Source: a virus (taxonomy: Duplodnaviria; Caudoviricetes). From it: a stretch of DNA of 57,381 nucleotides. Below, one piece after another: positions 46,501 to 55,321 of this stretch. Within the stretch, counting starts at the first letter, position 1. Each line of letters begins with the position of its first letter. The stretch is from IMG/VR virus record IMGVR_UViG_3300042896_000260, positions 1 through 57,381 of that record; one strand, 5' to 3'. The notes below the pieces were generated by a model. That model was given only the letters and a program-made list of their open reading frames with translations. It did no database searches and had not been told where the DNA came from. The position numbers and the translations under genes were made by a program.

Positions 46501-48613
46501 CGTGGAGGGTTTCGAAGAATTCGTCATTGCCCTGGCCACGGGTGAAGACCTGAATTCCGCTCTTACGAAGTCCATCGTCGGTGCAGGTGTGAGCGGTAAG
46601 ACCGCCAGTACAATCCAGACCTCAGCAGATGTCAACACTGCACTGGCGAATTCTTTCGCTAATCAGGGACTGATATCGATAGACGGTTCATACCGTCCCG
46701 ATTCGGTGGTCAACACCAACATCTCTATTGGTACCGATGCTTCGGGCAATACGCTAACCCTCGGCGATCTGGTTAATGTCTCTCTTGCGAACGACAACTC
46801 ATACCTGTCCACCACCGGCCAGATCGACGTCAATCAATTAATCTCGGATTACAGCCGTGAAGTGTTGGGCGGCGGGTTGATCGATACGTCTGGCATGACT
46901 GCAGACACCGTGCTTGGCACGAGTGCGTCGGGTACCCCGATCACGGCGGCGAGCCTCGGGTTGGTGGGTGGTGGTACGGCCCCGGGAGTGAAGGTAAACA
47001 CCAACACCGGGACGGTGACTGATTCTACTGTGAATAACACCGGCGGCACGACCGTGACTGCCACGAATCAGAACACCGGAGCAACGAGCACCACCAACAC
47101 CGACGCGTCGAACAACACGACCACGACTAGTTCGTCTAACCCTAACAACGGCACAGATACCGTCACCCAGACGAATAACAACACCGGCACTTCTACGAGC
47201 ACCACTACCGACAACAACGCCGGTACCAGCACTGTCGTAACGAATGATCCGAACGCCGGGACGAAGGCTGAGACCGTCACAAATCAGAGCAACAATACTA
47301 CGACCGAGAGTGTGACGAACACGAATACTGGGGTGACCAATTCCACCAGTACGAACGCCAATACCGGTGCCACTACCCAGACCACGACCAATACCAACAC
47401 CGGGACGTCAACCTCGACTTCGACCGACCCGAGCACCGGTGCTACCACGAATTCTCAGACTAACAATAACACCGGTACGACGACTTCGACCGAGACGAAC
47501 ACGAATACTGGTACAACCACTTCGACCGAGACGAACACCAACACCGGAGTCAGCACCAGTACCGAGACCAACACGAATACCGGTACGACGACAAGCACGG
47601 AAACGAATACCAACACCGGCACCACGACATCGACTGAGACTAACAATAACACGGGCGTCACGACCACCACGCAGGTGGACCCCAACACCAATGTTACTAC
47701 CACTACGCAAGTAGATCCGAATACAAACACGGTCACTACCACTCAGGTCGATCCGAATACGAATATTCAGACCACGACGGTCACCGACACGAACACCAAT
47801 ACTAGCACGACGGTCAACGTCGACGTGAACACTGGTGAACCGGTGGAAGGACCCACAAAGACCCTGAGTCCTATTCCCCCGGTCAAAGATGTGCCGCCTA
47901 TGGACGTCACCCCGGAAGGGCCGGTCACGCCTCCGTCGGTAGACCCGATCACGACTCAAGTAACCAAGGTCACAGACAAGGCGATCAAGGCCGGTGCCAC
48001 ACCTACCCAGGCGACCCAGATCGCGATCGCCGAGGTCGCCGCCCGTACTGGGCGTCCCGAATCCGACATTAAAGAAACATGGCTCGGTGGAAGATTTATG
48101 AACAAGACTAGTCCATACGCTGCTCTGGCCGCTCTCTTCGGCTTGACCCCTGACGCACAAGAGGCCGAAGCCTTGTCCGCTCTGCAGCGGGCGTCCGGCG
48201 TAACCTCAGAGGAGCCCGGGTACTTCTCGTACGGCTCCGAGGCGTCGCCCGCCGACGTGATCGCCCCGTACCGGGCCGGTGGAACTGTACAGGGCCATGC
48301 CTCGGGTGGTAAAATTCTTTCGTCACCACTGATGGCAGCGGCAGGCGGCGATGTACCCCACAAAGGTTCGCATTATGTGCAGGGTGCCGGGGGCGGTCAA
48401 GACGATCTTATCCCCGCGAAACTGGCTGACGGCGAGTACGTCTTTGACGCGGAGATCGTGGCCGCGCTCGGCGACGGCTCTAACAAGGAGGGTGCCAAGA
48501 AGCTCGATGCAATGCGCGAATCAATCCGCAAGCACAAGCGTTCCGGCTCCTTGAAGTCGATCCCCCCACAAGCCAAATCGCCCCTGCAATACTTCAAAGA
48601 GGCTAACAAATGA
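43541..48613 (+). CDS. Large (1690 aa) putative internal virion protein with DUF4214-like domain and Thr/Asn repeats
   Basis: LYQDVLGRAPDEGGFGFW...FMQSPEY; 12-aa T/N repeats; C-terminal DDLIPAKLADGEYV. Confidence 0.75.
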   Translation: MRFIDESDYYQFDEQDYPSVPSSPLQSAAANTAPVVATSPLRTASTENATTLTSLYQDVLGRAPDEGGFGFWLNAMNDQGYTPEMVRQQFMQSPEYQARQATTTGALAQAVSPTPTTAPTPISAAPSVGVTPSISPAERVTPSTPAAEVMPPSRPVDQIPDREIVEPEPVRVAPNLLRTPGGTYINDSGYPVDTAEAQRVISGGAAPAPAPAPAPAPSPSSALSQAASASPQALFTTLFGADPSIADQLRASYNQAFNQGEGSTFYDAGMQVGEYTVRSMPIGYDFAGERQGGGFQATKTATNDRNLPLETTYTYDDNGAITGAEVRYFTGSDSGVAIRFDGQGNKIDERGFDYSESWKGAVAPLVSMAAMAFAGPVAQTLGATLGGGTATLASEIAANAIVRGGLGAAQAGLTGGDILKGALTGAATGALGAGGASLANTAAAETLNLTGSQIAADAVRGAVQSGLNAIPGAIVSGDLGGLGQALLTGAVTSGVGSAAGQALSGTGITQQQVTSGLALAQQLQSGKPNISAIANAAAGLVNNPNATVAAKAISLMDTIQRAGGNPMALMGIMEAANQLSNAVNAAEQAGIKRLPGTVTGPTVSVTGGDLQSVGSTDLGLSTFINSINTLGASTDEALAAANAALGRATTNLATQDAIENASTFDSAFSQARAAYGPGKTFTWQGKEYSTDTRTENPTLAAASDAARQTAVGAGAGRGTSTGMTATEATNLAGVPLRTTSTTGTTSGDDTAIDYGSAATSMQGTPLSDEFKPVVAAPQWMKDHLQTGGNVVQQGISNILQLVGEQGSSLVTGLGGRNTFVDRAFTALEHAGKYMELPQVTEATQNVLNRVQNTEGLFNKGFEFVKAVIDNPLSLNMVLREVGQEILPTAAAARATKLLGLAAGVTTDVGLNSIESIGATSRDKYQEYLQKGMTPEQADREAAIDGYIAGGITAATAGVVDAAIAKRFGNAIESLVGRKVGAGATEAPVEGFEEFVIALATGEDLNSALTKSIVGAGVSGKTASTIQTSADVNTALANSFANQGLISIDGSYRPDSVVNTNISIGTDASGNTLTLGDLVNVSLANDNSYLSTTGQIDVNQLISDYSREVLGGGLIDTSGMTADTVLGTSASGTPITAASLGLVGGGTAPGVKVNTNTGTVTDSTVNNTGGTTVTATNQNTGATSTTNTDASNNTTTTSSSNPNNGTDTVTQTNNNTGTSTSTTTDNNAGTSTVVTNDPNAGTKAETVTNQSNNTTTESVTNTNTGVTNSTSTNANTGATTQTTTNTNTGTSTSTSTDPSTGATTNSQTNNNTGTTTSTETNTNTGTTTSTETNTNTGVSTSTETNTNTGTTTSTETNTNTGTTTSTETNNNTGVTTTTQVDPNTNVTTTTQVDPNTNTVTTTQVDPNTNIQTTTVTDTNTNTSTTVNVDVNTGEPVEGPTKTLSPIPPVKDVPPMDVTPEGPVTPPSVDPITTQVTKVTDKAIKAGATPTQATQIAIAEVAARTGRPESDIKETWLGGRFMNKTSPYAALAALFGLTPDAQEAEALSALQRASGVTSEEPGYFSYGSEASPADVIAPYRAGGTVQGHASGGKILSSPLMAAAGGDVPHKGSHYVQGAGGGQDDLIPAKLADGEYVFDAEIVAALGDGSNKEGAKKLDAMRESIRKHKRSGSLKSIPPQAKSPLQYFKEANK
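47000..47835 (+). repeat. Thr/Asn-rich ~12-aa (36-bp) degenerate tandem repeats
   Basis: TTTSTETNTNTG-type units followed by TTTQVDPNTN units. Confidence 0.85.
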
Positions 48614-49626
48614 GTCTGCTTCAAGGTGACCCGCTACCGAATATTACGACCACCAAGGACGTAAAGACCCTCGGTCCGGATTGGTATAACCAATACCTCC
48701 AAGATCTGTCTAAACCGGGTCAGGCCCTGATCGGGCAGACCGGTGAGCAACTGGTCTCGCCGATGACCGGTTTGCAGACTGGCGCACTCGCTGCGGCACC
48801 GTCTGATCTGGCTCGTTATGAAGACCTGATGAGACAGGCCGGCGAGACCGCGCAACTGGCCGCACAGGGCATCAGCCCCGAGTTGATCAAGACGTACATG
48901 AACCCCTACACTGGTGGTGTGGTGGACGAGATGGCACGTCTGCAGCAGCAGAATCTGCAGCGTAACTTGCTGCCAAGCCTCAAGAGCGCATTCGCCGGTA
49001 CCGGTGGGTTCGGCTCGCGGCGCATGGCGGGCGCACTGGGCCAGATGGGTGCTGACGTCCAGGCGAATCTGCTCGGTCAGCAGCAAAAGGCTCTTGAGAC
49101 TGGCTACAATAAGGCGCTCGACACCGCACTGGCTCAAGCCGGTCTGTACCGTCAAGCCGCCGAGACCCAGAGGGGCATTTCTACCGCTGACCTGGACACC
49201 GCGATCAAATCGCTTGAGGGGCAATACGGGCTTGGCAGCAAGGAGCAGCAATTCGAGCAGTCGAAGATCCTCGCTCCGGTCGCTGCTGCGAAGAGCGCCG
49301 CCGACGTGTACGCGAACCTCAAGGTGCCTACCACCGTGTCGGAGACTGCCGTTGGTCCGGTGCCCGGTGCCTACAGCACCTCGCCCTTGGCGCAAATCGC
49401 GGGCCTGGGCTCCCTGTTCGCTTCCGGCTCCGGCGGCACCAGTGCTGTTCAGGGGATCCTGAATATGTTCGGCCTCGGTGGCAGTGGAGGTGGCAGCGGT
49501 GGCGGTCTCCAATTCCTCGGAGGCGGCGGCAGCGGCGGCAGTAGTGGCGGTATCACTTACAATTCGGACGGCAGCTATACCACCTCCAGTGGGGACATAG
49601 TTCGTCCGGGTGACTACGGCGGTTAA
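48610..49626 (+). CDS. Putative ejection (DNA transfer) protein
   Basis: YMNPYT..VVD, GGFGSRR, Gly-rich C-terminus. Confidence 0.68.
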   Translation: MSLLQGDPLPNITTTKDVKTLGPDWYNQYLQDLSKPGQALIGQTGEQLVSPMTGLQTGALAAAPSDLARYEDLMRQAGETAQLAAQGISPELIKTYMNPYTGGVVDEMARLQQQNLQRNLLPSLKSAFAGTGGFGSRRMAGALGQMGADVQANLLGQQQKALETGYNKALDTALAQAGLYRQAAETQRGISTADLDTAIKSLEGQYGLGSKEQQFEQSKILAPVAAAKSAADVYANLKVPTTVSETAVGPVPGAYSTSPLAQIAGLGSLFASGSGGTSAVQGILNMFGLGGSGGGSGGGLQFLGGGGSGGSSGGITYNSDGSYTTSSGDIVRPGDYGG

Positions 49627-49631
49627 TAATC

Positions 49632-51245
49632 ATGGCAGAATCCACTGAAGACAGCGGCTACAGCCCGCTCCTGGCTAGGATGCTGAAGGTGGACCCGAAT
49701 CAAATCGGGTCTATCTCCTTGTCCGCTCTCGGTAGACAGGCCATGGGCGCGGATAGCGAGGCGTATCAGAAGGCAAAGGCTGAGGTAGACTCTGCGCGTA
49801 CTGCGATGGTGAGCGCGTTGCAGGACCGCAAGAGTCGAATTGATCCGTCGATGTTGGCTCTGGCTCAGGGATTCCTCGCCCCCACCCGCACCGGCTCATT
49901 TGGTGAATCGCTAGGTTCTGCGGCGGGTGCCTACTCTAAGGCGCAACAGGCCGAGGAGGATCGTGCCGCCAGGATCGCGCAGATGCGCTATGAACTGGCT
50001 CGCGCGGCGATGGGCGAAGAGACCCAGGCGGCGCAACTAGGCCTGTCGGTGGCCTCGAAGCTCTCACCTAAGCTCACCGCATACCAACAGCAGGTGCAGT
50101 CGGAGGGCATCGACCCCCGCTCGCCCGAGGGCATCAACCGGGTCAAGGAACTTCTCGCGGGTGACAAGGCCACACCCGAGATGAAGATGTTCGCGGCTCA
50201 GACCGGGACTTCGCTGACTGACCCGGCCTTCGCGGCCAAATTCCGTCAGTACGAAGAGACCAAGGGTCTCCGCGATATCGCCGCGCGTCTGAATCTAAAT
50301 CTGACCGACCCCAACCAACTCGCTCGGGCACAGCAGGAAGCACAGCGCGAGGCCTTCCGGCGCGAAAATCCCGAGGTGGCCAAGAAACTGCAGCAGTTCG
50401 GTGGCGACCCGCTCAACCCGAAGGATCTGGCCCGCGCTCAGCAGGAAATGCAGACGGATGTGGGTCTGGAGCGCCAGAGTAAGGTCACTTCGATAGCGCA
50501 ACAGCAAGCCCAGACTATCCGAACCCGGCAGGAGATCGATGAACACATCCGACAGGGAGACGTCAACGCAATCGCCCAGACCGCGCAGGAGGCGGGGATA
50601 CCAATCGATCCCAAAGTCCAGTTCACCGGACTTAACAAGAAAGAAATCGCAACCAAGCGCACAGAGCAAGCAAGAGAAGCGGACAAGTACATCAACGAGA
50701 AGATCGCTCCGCATATCTCTGGTATCGACGATGATCTCAACGACCTTCGTCGCGCCCTGGCATTGAACGCCGAGATCCGCACCGGCTACACCTACGGTGT
50801 GGGCATGGGTGTTGGCGAAGCCGCTAAACTGCTGTCCGGCGACCGCGCCAAGATCAGTGAGTTCGACTCTATCGCTGCCCGTGCCGCCAAGCAGAATCGG
50901 ATCCCCGGTGACTCCAACGTGTCGAATGCTGACATGGCGTGGATGCGACTGGGCACGTTCAGTTCGGACAAGGAGCCCATCACCAACGAGAACATCATCA
51001 AGTTCCAGTTGGCGCAGCGGCAGCGTGACCGGGACTTCCACGACTACATCCAGAAGTACGCCGCGATCAACGGTGCGGTGACTCCCCACGCCCAGGCTCA
51101 GTGGCGCAGGTACCTGGAAGCGAACCCAATCACGACGCGTGACGCGAGCGGTAAGATCGTGCTGAATCCGAATCGCATGACGTATCAGCAGTATTTCAGT
51201 ATGCCTCGCGTCCGTGTTGACGCCCAAGGCCGGGAGACTCAGTGA
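49632..51245 (+). CDS. Putative ejection protein
   Basis: LALAQGFLAPTRTGSFGESLG; helical, Ala/Gln-rich. Confidence 0.65.
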   Translation: MAESTEDSGYSPLLARMLKVDPNQIGSISLSALGRQAMGADSEAYQKAKAEVDSARTAMVSALQDRKSRIDPSMLALAQGFLAPTRTGSFGESLGSAAGAYSKAQQAEEDRAARIAQMRYELARAAMGEETQAAQLGLSVASKLSPKLTAYQQQVQSEGIDPRSPEGINRVKELLAGDKATPEMKMFAAQTGTSLTDPAFAAKFRQYEETKGLRDIAARLNLNLTDPNQLARAQQEAQREAFRRENPEVAKKLQQFGGDPLNPKDLARAQQEMQTDVGLERQSKVTSIAQQQAQTIRTRQEIDEHIRQGDVNAIAQTAQEAGIPIDPKVQFTGLNKKEIATKRTEQAREADKYINEKIAPHISGIDDDLNDLRRALALNAEIRTGYTYGVGMGVGEAAKLLSGDRAKISEFDSIAARAAKQNRIPGDSNVSNADMAWMRLGTFSSDKEPITNENIIKFQLAQRQRDRDFHDYIQKYAAINGAVTPHAQAQWRRYLEANPITTRDASGKIVLNPNRMTYQQYFSMPRVRVDAQGRETQ

Positions 51246-53278
51246 TGCCAATCGAACGCGTGATCGGAGGGGTGATCTATGAATTCCCTGATGGTACTTC
51301 TGAAGCCACAATCCGGAAGTTCGAGGCCCAAAAGACTGGCGGCGCTGCTGCTCCCTCCGCAGCCCCGGCTCAACCCTCAGCGTCCCGCCCTAGACCCTTC
51401 TCCACCGGTGCCGGTAGCCAATTCCTGCAAGGCCTGACGTTCGGCTTCTCGGACGAGGCAATCGCGGGTCTGCGTTCGGCGATGGGTCAGGGTAAGTACG
51501 AAGATCTGGTCAAGGCTGAGCGCGAGGCATTGCGCAAATACGGTGAGCAACACCCGGTGATCGGGACCACCGCCGAGATCGTGGGCGGCATAGCCCCCGC
51601 AGTGGTGACAGGCGGTGCGTCATTAATCCCAGGACTCGGTCGGACTCTGGCTTCGACGGTCGGTCCTCGAGCCGCACAATTGCTTCTGGGTACTCAACCC
51701 ACCATTGGTCGCATGGCCGCAACTGGTGCGGGGGCCGGTGCCGCCACCGCCGTGGGTACATCCGAGAAGTCCCTGATGGAACAGCCCGCCGAGGCTGCGA
51801 AAGGGGCCGTGGCCGGTGCCGCCGTGACAGGCACACTCGGTGTGGCCGGCAAATACATCATGGCTCCGGCGTTCCGCAGGGTCAAGCAAGCCATGGGGTT
51901 CGGCGATGCGAACAAAGCCGCTGACATCGCGATAGCCCGGGCACTGGAGAAGGACGGCCTGACACCGGATCAAGCCGCCGCAAAGATCGCTGCCGTTCAA
52001 CGTGGCGAGATGACACTGGCCGACCTGGGCGAGAACACCGCAGCACTCCTGCGCCACGCGTCTGCCGCGCCGGGTGAGGCACGTCGTGTAACGAAGGCCG
52101 AACTCGCAGGGCGTGAAATGGAGCGGGTGCCCCGCGTGACGGAAGACCTGCGCACGTTGATGTCCGGATCGAAGGATTTCTACACCGATATTCAGGACCT
52201 GATCAAGAAGCGCTCGAAGGACGCAAACGCCCTGTACGACGCGGCGTACTCCGCAGCGCCTTCTTTCTCCGCGCAGACCGCACCAGACATCGCCCGACTG
52301 CGTAACCTGCCGAGCTTCCAAGAGGCCATGAAGAAAGGCGCGAAACGCATGGCCGATCTGGACCTCGACATCGCCGACCCGAAGAACACGTTGCGGGCGC
52401 TGCACGAGACCAAGATCGCACTCGACGACATGATCGACACCGCAGTGCGGGCCGGCGAGGGCAATCAGGCACGCACGCTGATCAGCATGAAGAATCGACT
52501 GCTCAAAGACATGGAGAGCGCGTCGCCCGAGTACAAGATCGCCCGCCAGACGTACGCCGGTGATATGGAGATGCAGACCGCGATGCAGGAAGGGCAGCGC
52601 GTGTACCAGTTGCCCGAACTCGAGATGCGCAAGCTCATCGACCGGTTCAAGGATTCCCCGAGCGAGTACGACGCTTTCCGCGCCGGTATCGCCCAGTCGA
52701 TGCTCGACCGACTGCGTGCCGGTGGCCCGTCGGCAGATCCGGTCAAAACGGTGTTCCCGCGCGGGGTCGAGGATAAACTGCGCCGCGCCTTCCGCGACGA
52801 CGAAGCCTTTGACGCATTCAAGACCCGACTGGCTGAAGAGCAGACGATGCTCGGCACCGAGAAGGCCGCATTCCGTCGCACGCCTTTGGATACCGACCTG
52901 GATCAGGGCGCGGGCGGGGTCGGTGCCGCCACGAGCCTGCTCGCCGGTCGTCCGATGACCGCCGGGATGGAGGCGTTGCGTGCCCGGTTCCCGAATGTGG
53001 TAGGCATGCCCCCGGCGATCGCCACCCCCACTGCTCAGAAACTGTTAGCGCCCGCTAACAAGACCGACGAGGTGTTGGGTAGCATCATGCAGTCGCTGAA
53101 ACAGCAGGAACAGGAACTGCTCGCCGCGACCGGTGCTGTGGGTGCCGGATCGGCCCTTATGGGTGGTCTCGCTGCCGCCCGACCGGTTCAGCAGCAGTAT
53201 CCGGAAGAGAGCCTGAACCAACCCGGCCTGCCGCCGATGCCCTCCGGAGCCTCTCCGTTGGGCTCTCTGAAGCCTTAA
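51242..53278 (+). CDS. Putative ejection protein
   Basis: YEFPDGT N-terminus, QGLTFGFSDE; last gene of the late arm. Confidence 0.65.
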   Translation: MMPIERVIGGVIYEFPDGTSEATIRKFEAQKTGGAAAPSAAPAQPSASRPRPFSTGAGSQFLQGLTFGFSDEAIAGLRSAMGQGKYEDLVKAEREALRKYGEQHPVIGTTAEIVGGIAPAVVTGGASLIPGLGRTLASTVGPRAAQLLLGTQPTIGRMAATGAGAGAATAVGTSEKSLMEQPAEAAKGAVAGAAVTGTLGVAGKYIMAPAFRRVKQAMGFGDANKAADIAIARALEKDGLTPDQAAAKIAAVQRGEMTLADLGENTAALLRHASAAPGEARRVTKAELAGREMERVPRVTEDLRTLMSGSKDFYTDIQDLIKKRSKDANALYDAAYSAAPSFSAQTAPDIARLRNLPSFQEAMKKGAKRMADLDLDIADPKNTLRALHETKIALDDMIDTAVRAGEGNQARTLISMKNRLLKDMESASPEYKIARQTYAGDMEMQTAMQEGQRVYQLPELEMRKLIDRFKDSPSEYDAFRAGIAQSMLDRLRAGGPSADPVKTVFPRGVEDKLRRAFRDDEAFDAFKTRLAEEQTMLGTEKAAFRRTPLDTDLDQGAGGVGAATSLLAGRPMTAGMEALRARFPNVVGMPPAIATPTAQKLLAPANKTDEVLGSIMQSLKQQEQELLAATGAVGAGSALMGGLAAARPVQQQYPEESLNQPGLPPMPSGASPLGSLKP

Positions 53279-53293
53279 GCTATATATATAGCT
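53278..53293. terminator. Palindrome at the end of the late arm
   Basis: AGCTATATATATAGCT, a perfect 16-bp palindrome at the stop codon. Confidence 0.35.
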
Positions 53294-53334
53294 CCCACCA
53301 CTCCGGGGCTCTTCTCGGGCCTCGGAGGGCTTCT

Positions 53335-53676
53335 CTGCATTCATGCGCGTACACGAGAGTAATCCTGAATAGCCCTGAGTGGGGTCAGGAGGGTGGTGGA
53401 CGTCTGGAGAATACCCCGATATTAGGGAGAACCCTAATGCTGTTACATCGAGATGGAACGGAGATGTAACAGACCATAGGCTCAGAGGCCGCGTCGGACG
53501 CGGGCTCTGACAGTGTGTTACATTGTAGTACCCGTTCCACCTACTACCCCCCATATTCCGGTTTCCGAACCAGAACTCGACCCCCGCGTACGCATGTAAC
53601 AATGTAACAGAGGGCCTGTTCTTCGATTGGGAGAGGGTGTTACATCTGTGTTACATCACGGTGGAACGGTGTAACA
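53335..53676 (-). repeat. Element B: inverted homologue of element A (candidate origin)
   Basis: Eight TGTAACA/TGTTACA heptamers and one ATTAGGGAGAACCCTAAT palindrome; directly upstream of the primase. Confidence 0.9.
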
Positions 53677-53686
53677 ATGTCGGGGG

Positions 53687-53715
53687 TTGAAGCCCCGAGC
53701 GAGGCGTGGTATGAT
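53687..53715 (+). promoter_or_regulatory. Sigma70-like promoter of the primase operon
   Basis: TTGAAG-17 bp-TATGAT with extended -10 TG; ATAGAGG RBS before ATG 53768. Confidence 0.65.
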
Positions 53716-53767
53716 TACATCACCACCGGGGAGCCGGTGTCAATCCATAGCCTAGAATAGAGGGATC

Positions 53768-55321
53768 ATGACGAGTTTAGTACAGGACTTTGCGGGCCTG
53801 TTCGCCGGTAATCTGAGGTCTTACGGCCAGTGGGACCCCGCGACAGGGAACATGACGACAGTGAAAGCCGAGATACCTCTCTCGGCCTACGAGGATCATA
53901 TAGAGGGCAGGATGGGCCTGGGGGTGGTGCCGATTACCGACGGCGGCACCTGCGTGTTCGGGGCGATCGACATCGACAAGCACGACACGCCTGAGGACAT
54001 CGACTTCAAGTCGCTTGCGGACAAGATCAAAGAGTACCGACTGCCCCTGGTGATGTGCCGCACCAAGCGCGGCGGGGCGCACCTGTACGTGTTCGGATCG
54101 GAGTTCCTCCCGGCCAAGCAGGTGCAGCGCATCCTGGCTTCGTGGCGCGACATGCTCAAGATCCCGTACAAGACCGAGATCTTCCCGAAGCAGGACTCGC
54201 TCGTGACAGCGGGAGGCGAGAAGGCGCTCGGTAACTGGATCAATCTGTGCTATTTTGACGTGGCCGACACCAAGCGGTACGCGTTCGACGAGAACGGCGA
54301 GCGGATGACGTTCGAGTTATTCGTGCAGTACGCCCAGTCCAAGCGGATCAGCGCGGCAGAATTGGCCGAGTTCACGCAGCGTGAGCATCTGGAGGCACCG
54401 CCCTGCGTGCAAAAGATGATCCACACTGGGGTGGAGTCTGGTGCCCGTAACGACGCCATGTACAACGTGGTGATCTACCTCAAGCGTGCGCGGCCCGAGA
54501 CGTTCTTCGACGACGCGATGGTGTTGAACAAGACGATGTTCGACAAGCCGTTACCACCGTCCGAGGCCAAGAAGGTGATCCGGTCGGCGTCCAGACGGGA
54601 TTACCTGTACAAATGCGCGGAGGAGCCCTGCAAGTCGCTGTGCGACCGTAAGGTGTGTGTCACGCGCGAGTTCGGCATCTCGATGGACGAGAAAAAGGAA
54701 CTGGACGCGCACGACTCGCTGCCGCAGTTCACCGACCTCATCGAGTACCAGTCCGACCCGCCACGGTGGGGGCTACACGTCAACGGCACACTGATCAGCA
54801 ATATCCCGACGGTGGTGCTGCGCGACCCGGCGGCGATGGGTACACTCATCTTCGAGAAGCTCAAGATCAATATTCCGAAGATCAGCCAGGACTCATGGCG
54901 CAAGCGAATCCTCGACCCTCTAGTGCCGAATCTGCGCGTGATCGAGGTGCCAAAGGAGGCGAGCGCGTCGGGCGTGATTCAGGCCAAGTTCGCCGAATTC
55001 GTGCAAAAGGCGAACCTCGACTCAGACGGCACCAACACTGAGGAGCGGAAGGCGCTGCTGCGGAATATCCCAGTGGTGCAAGTGATGAACGGCGTGCGCT
55101 GCGTGGTGTTCAGGGGCACCGCATTCTCCGAGTTCCTCAAGCGTAACAAGGCCGAGGTGATGACGGGCATGGACCTGTGGATCGCGCTGCGGCGTGACTG
55201 CGGCGCGGATCACGACAAGATGCGGATACCGGGCGGCAAGGTCATAAACGTTTGGTACGCCCCGATAACCGAGGATTATGAGGTGAGTGCTGATGAGCCC
55301 GAATTCAAGTCAGAATTCTAA
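53768..55321 (+). CDS. Archaeo-eukaryotic primase (AEP) superfamily protein with PriCT-like domain
   Basis: GAIDID (DxD), TKRGGAHLY, PPC...GARNDAMYN, Cys cluster; no Walker A seen. Confidence 0.8.
   Translation: MTSLVQDFAGLFAGNLRSYGQWDPATGNMTTVKAEIPLSAYEDHIEGRMGLGVVPITDGGTCVFGAIDIDKHDTPEDIDFKSLADKIKEYRLPLVMCRTKRGGAHLYVFGSEFLPAKQVQRILASWRDMLKIPYKTEIFPKQDSLVTAGGEKALGNWINLCYFDVADTKRYAFDENGERMTFELFVQYAQSKRISAAELAEFTQREHLEAPPCVQKMIHTGVESGARNDAMYNVVIYLKRARPETFFDDAMVLNKTMFDKPLPPSEAKKVIRSASRRDYLYKCAEEPCKSLCDRKVCVTREFGISMDEKKELDAHDSLPQFTDLIEYQSDPPRWGLHVNGTLISNIPTVVLRDPAAMGTLIFEKLKINIPKISQDSWRKRILDPLVPNLRVIEVPKEASASGVIQAKFAEFVQKANLDSDGTNTEERKALLRNIPVVQVMNGVRCVVFRGTAFSEFLKRNKAEVMTGMDLWIALRRDCGADHDKMRIPGGKVINVWYAPITEDYEVSADEPEFKSEF

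Noticed and set aside
53045-53602. Minus-strand ORFs over elements B and A (53045..53602, 16407..16922)
   Set aside because: No protein-like features; conservation between A and B follows DNA motifs rather than codons
16200-53676. Transposon or recombinase-driven invertible segment bounded by elements A and B
   Set aside because: No transposase or recombinase is recognisable and the spacers are diverged; kept only as a minor alternative
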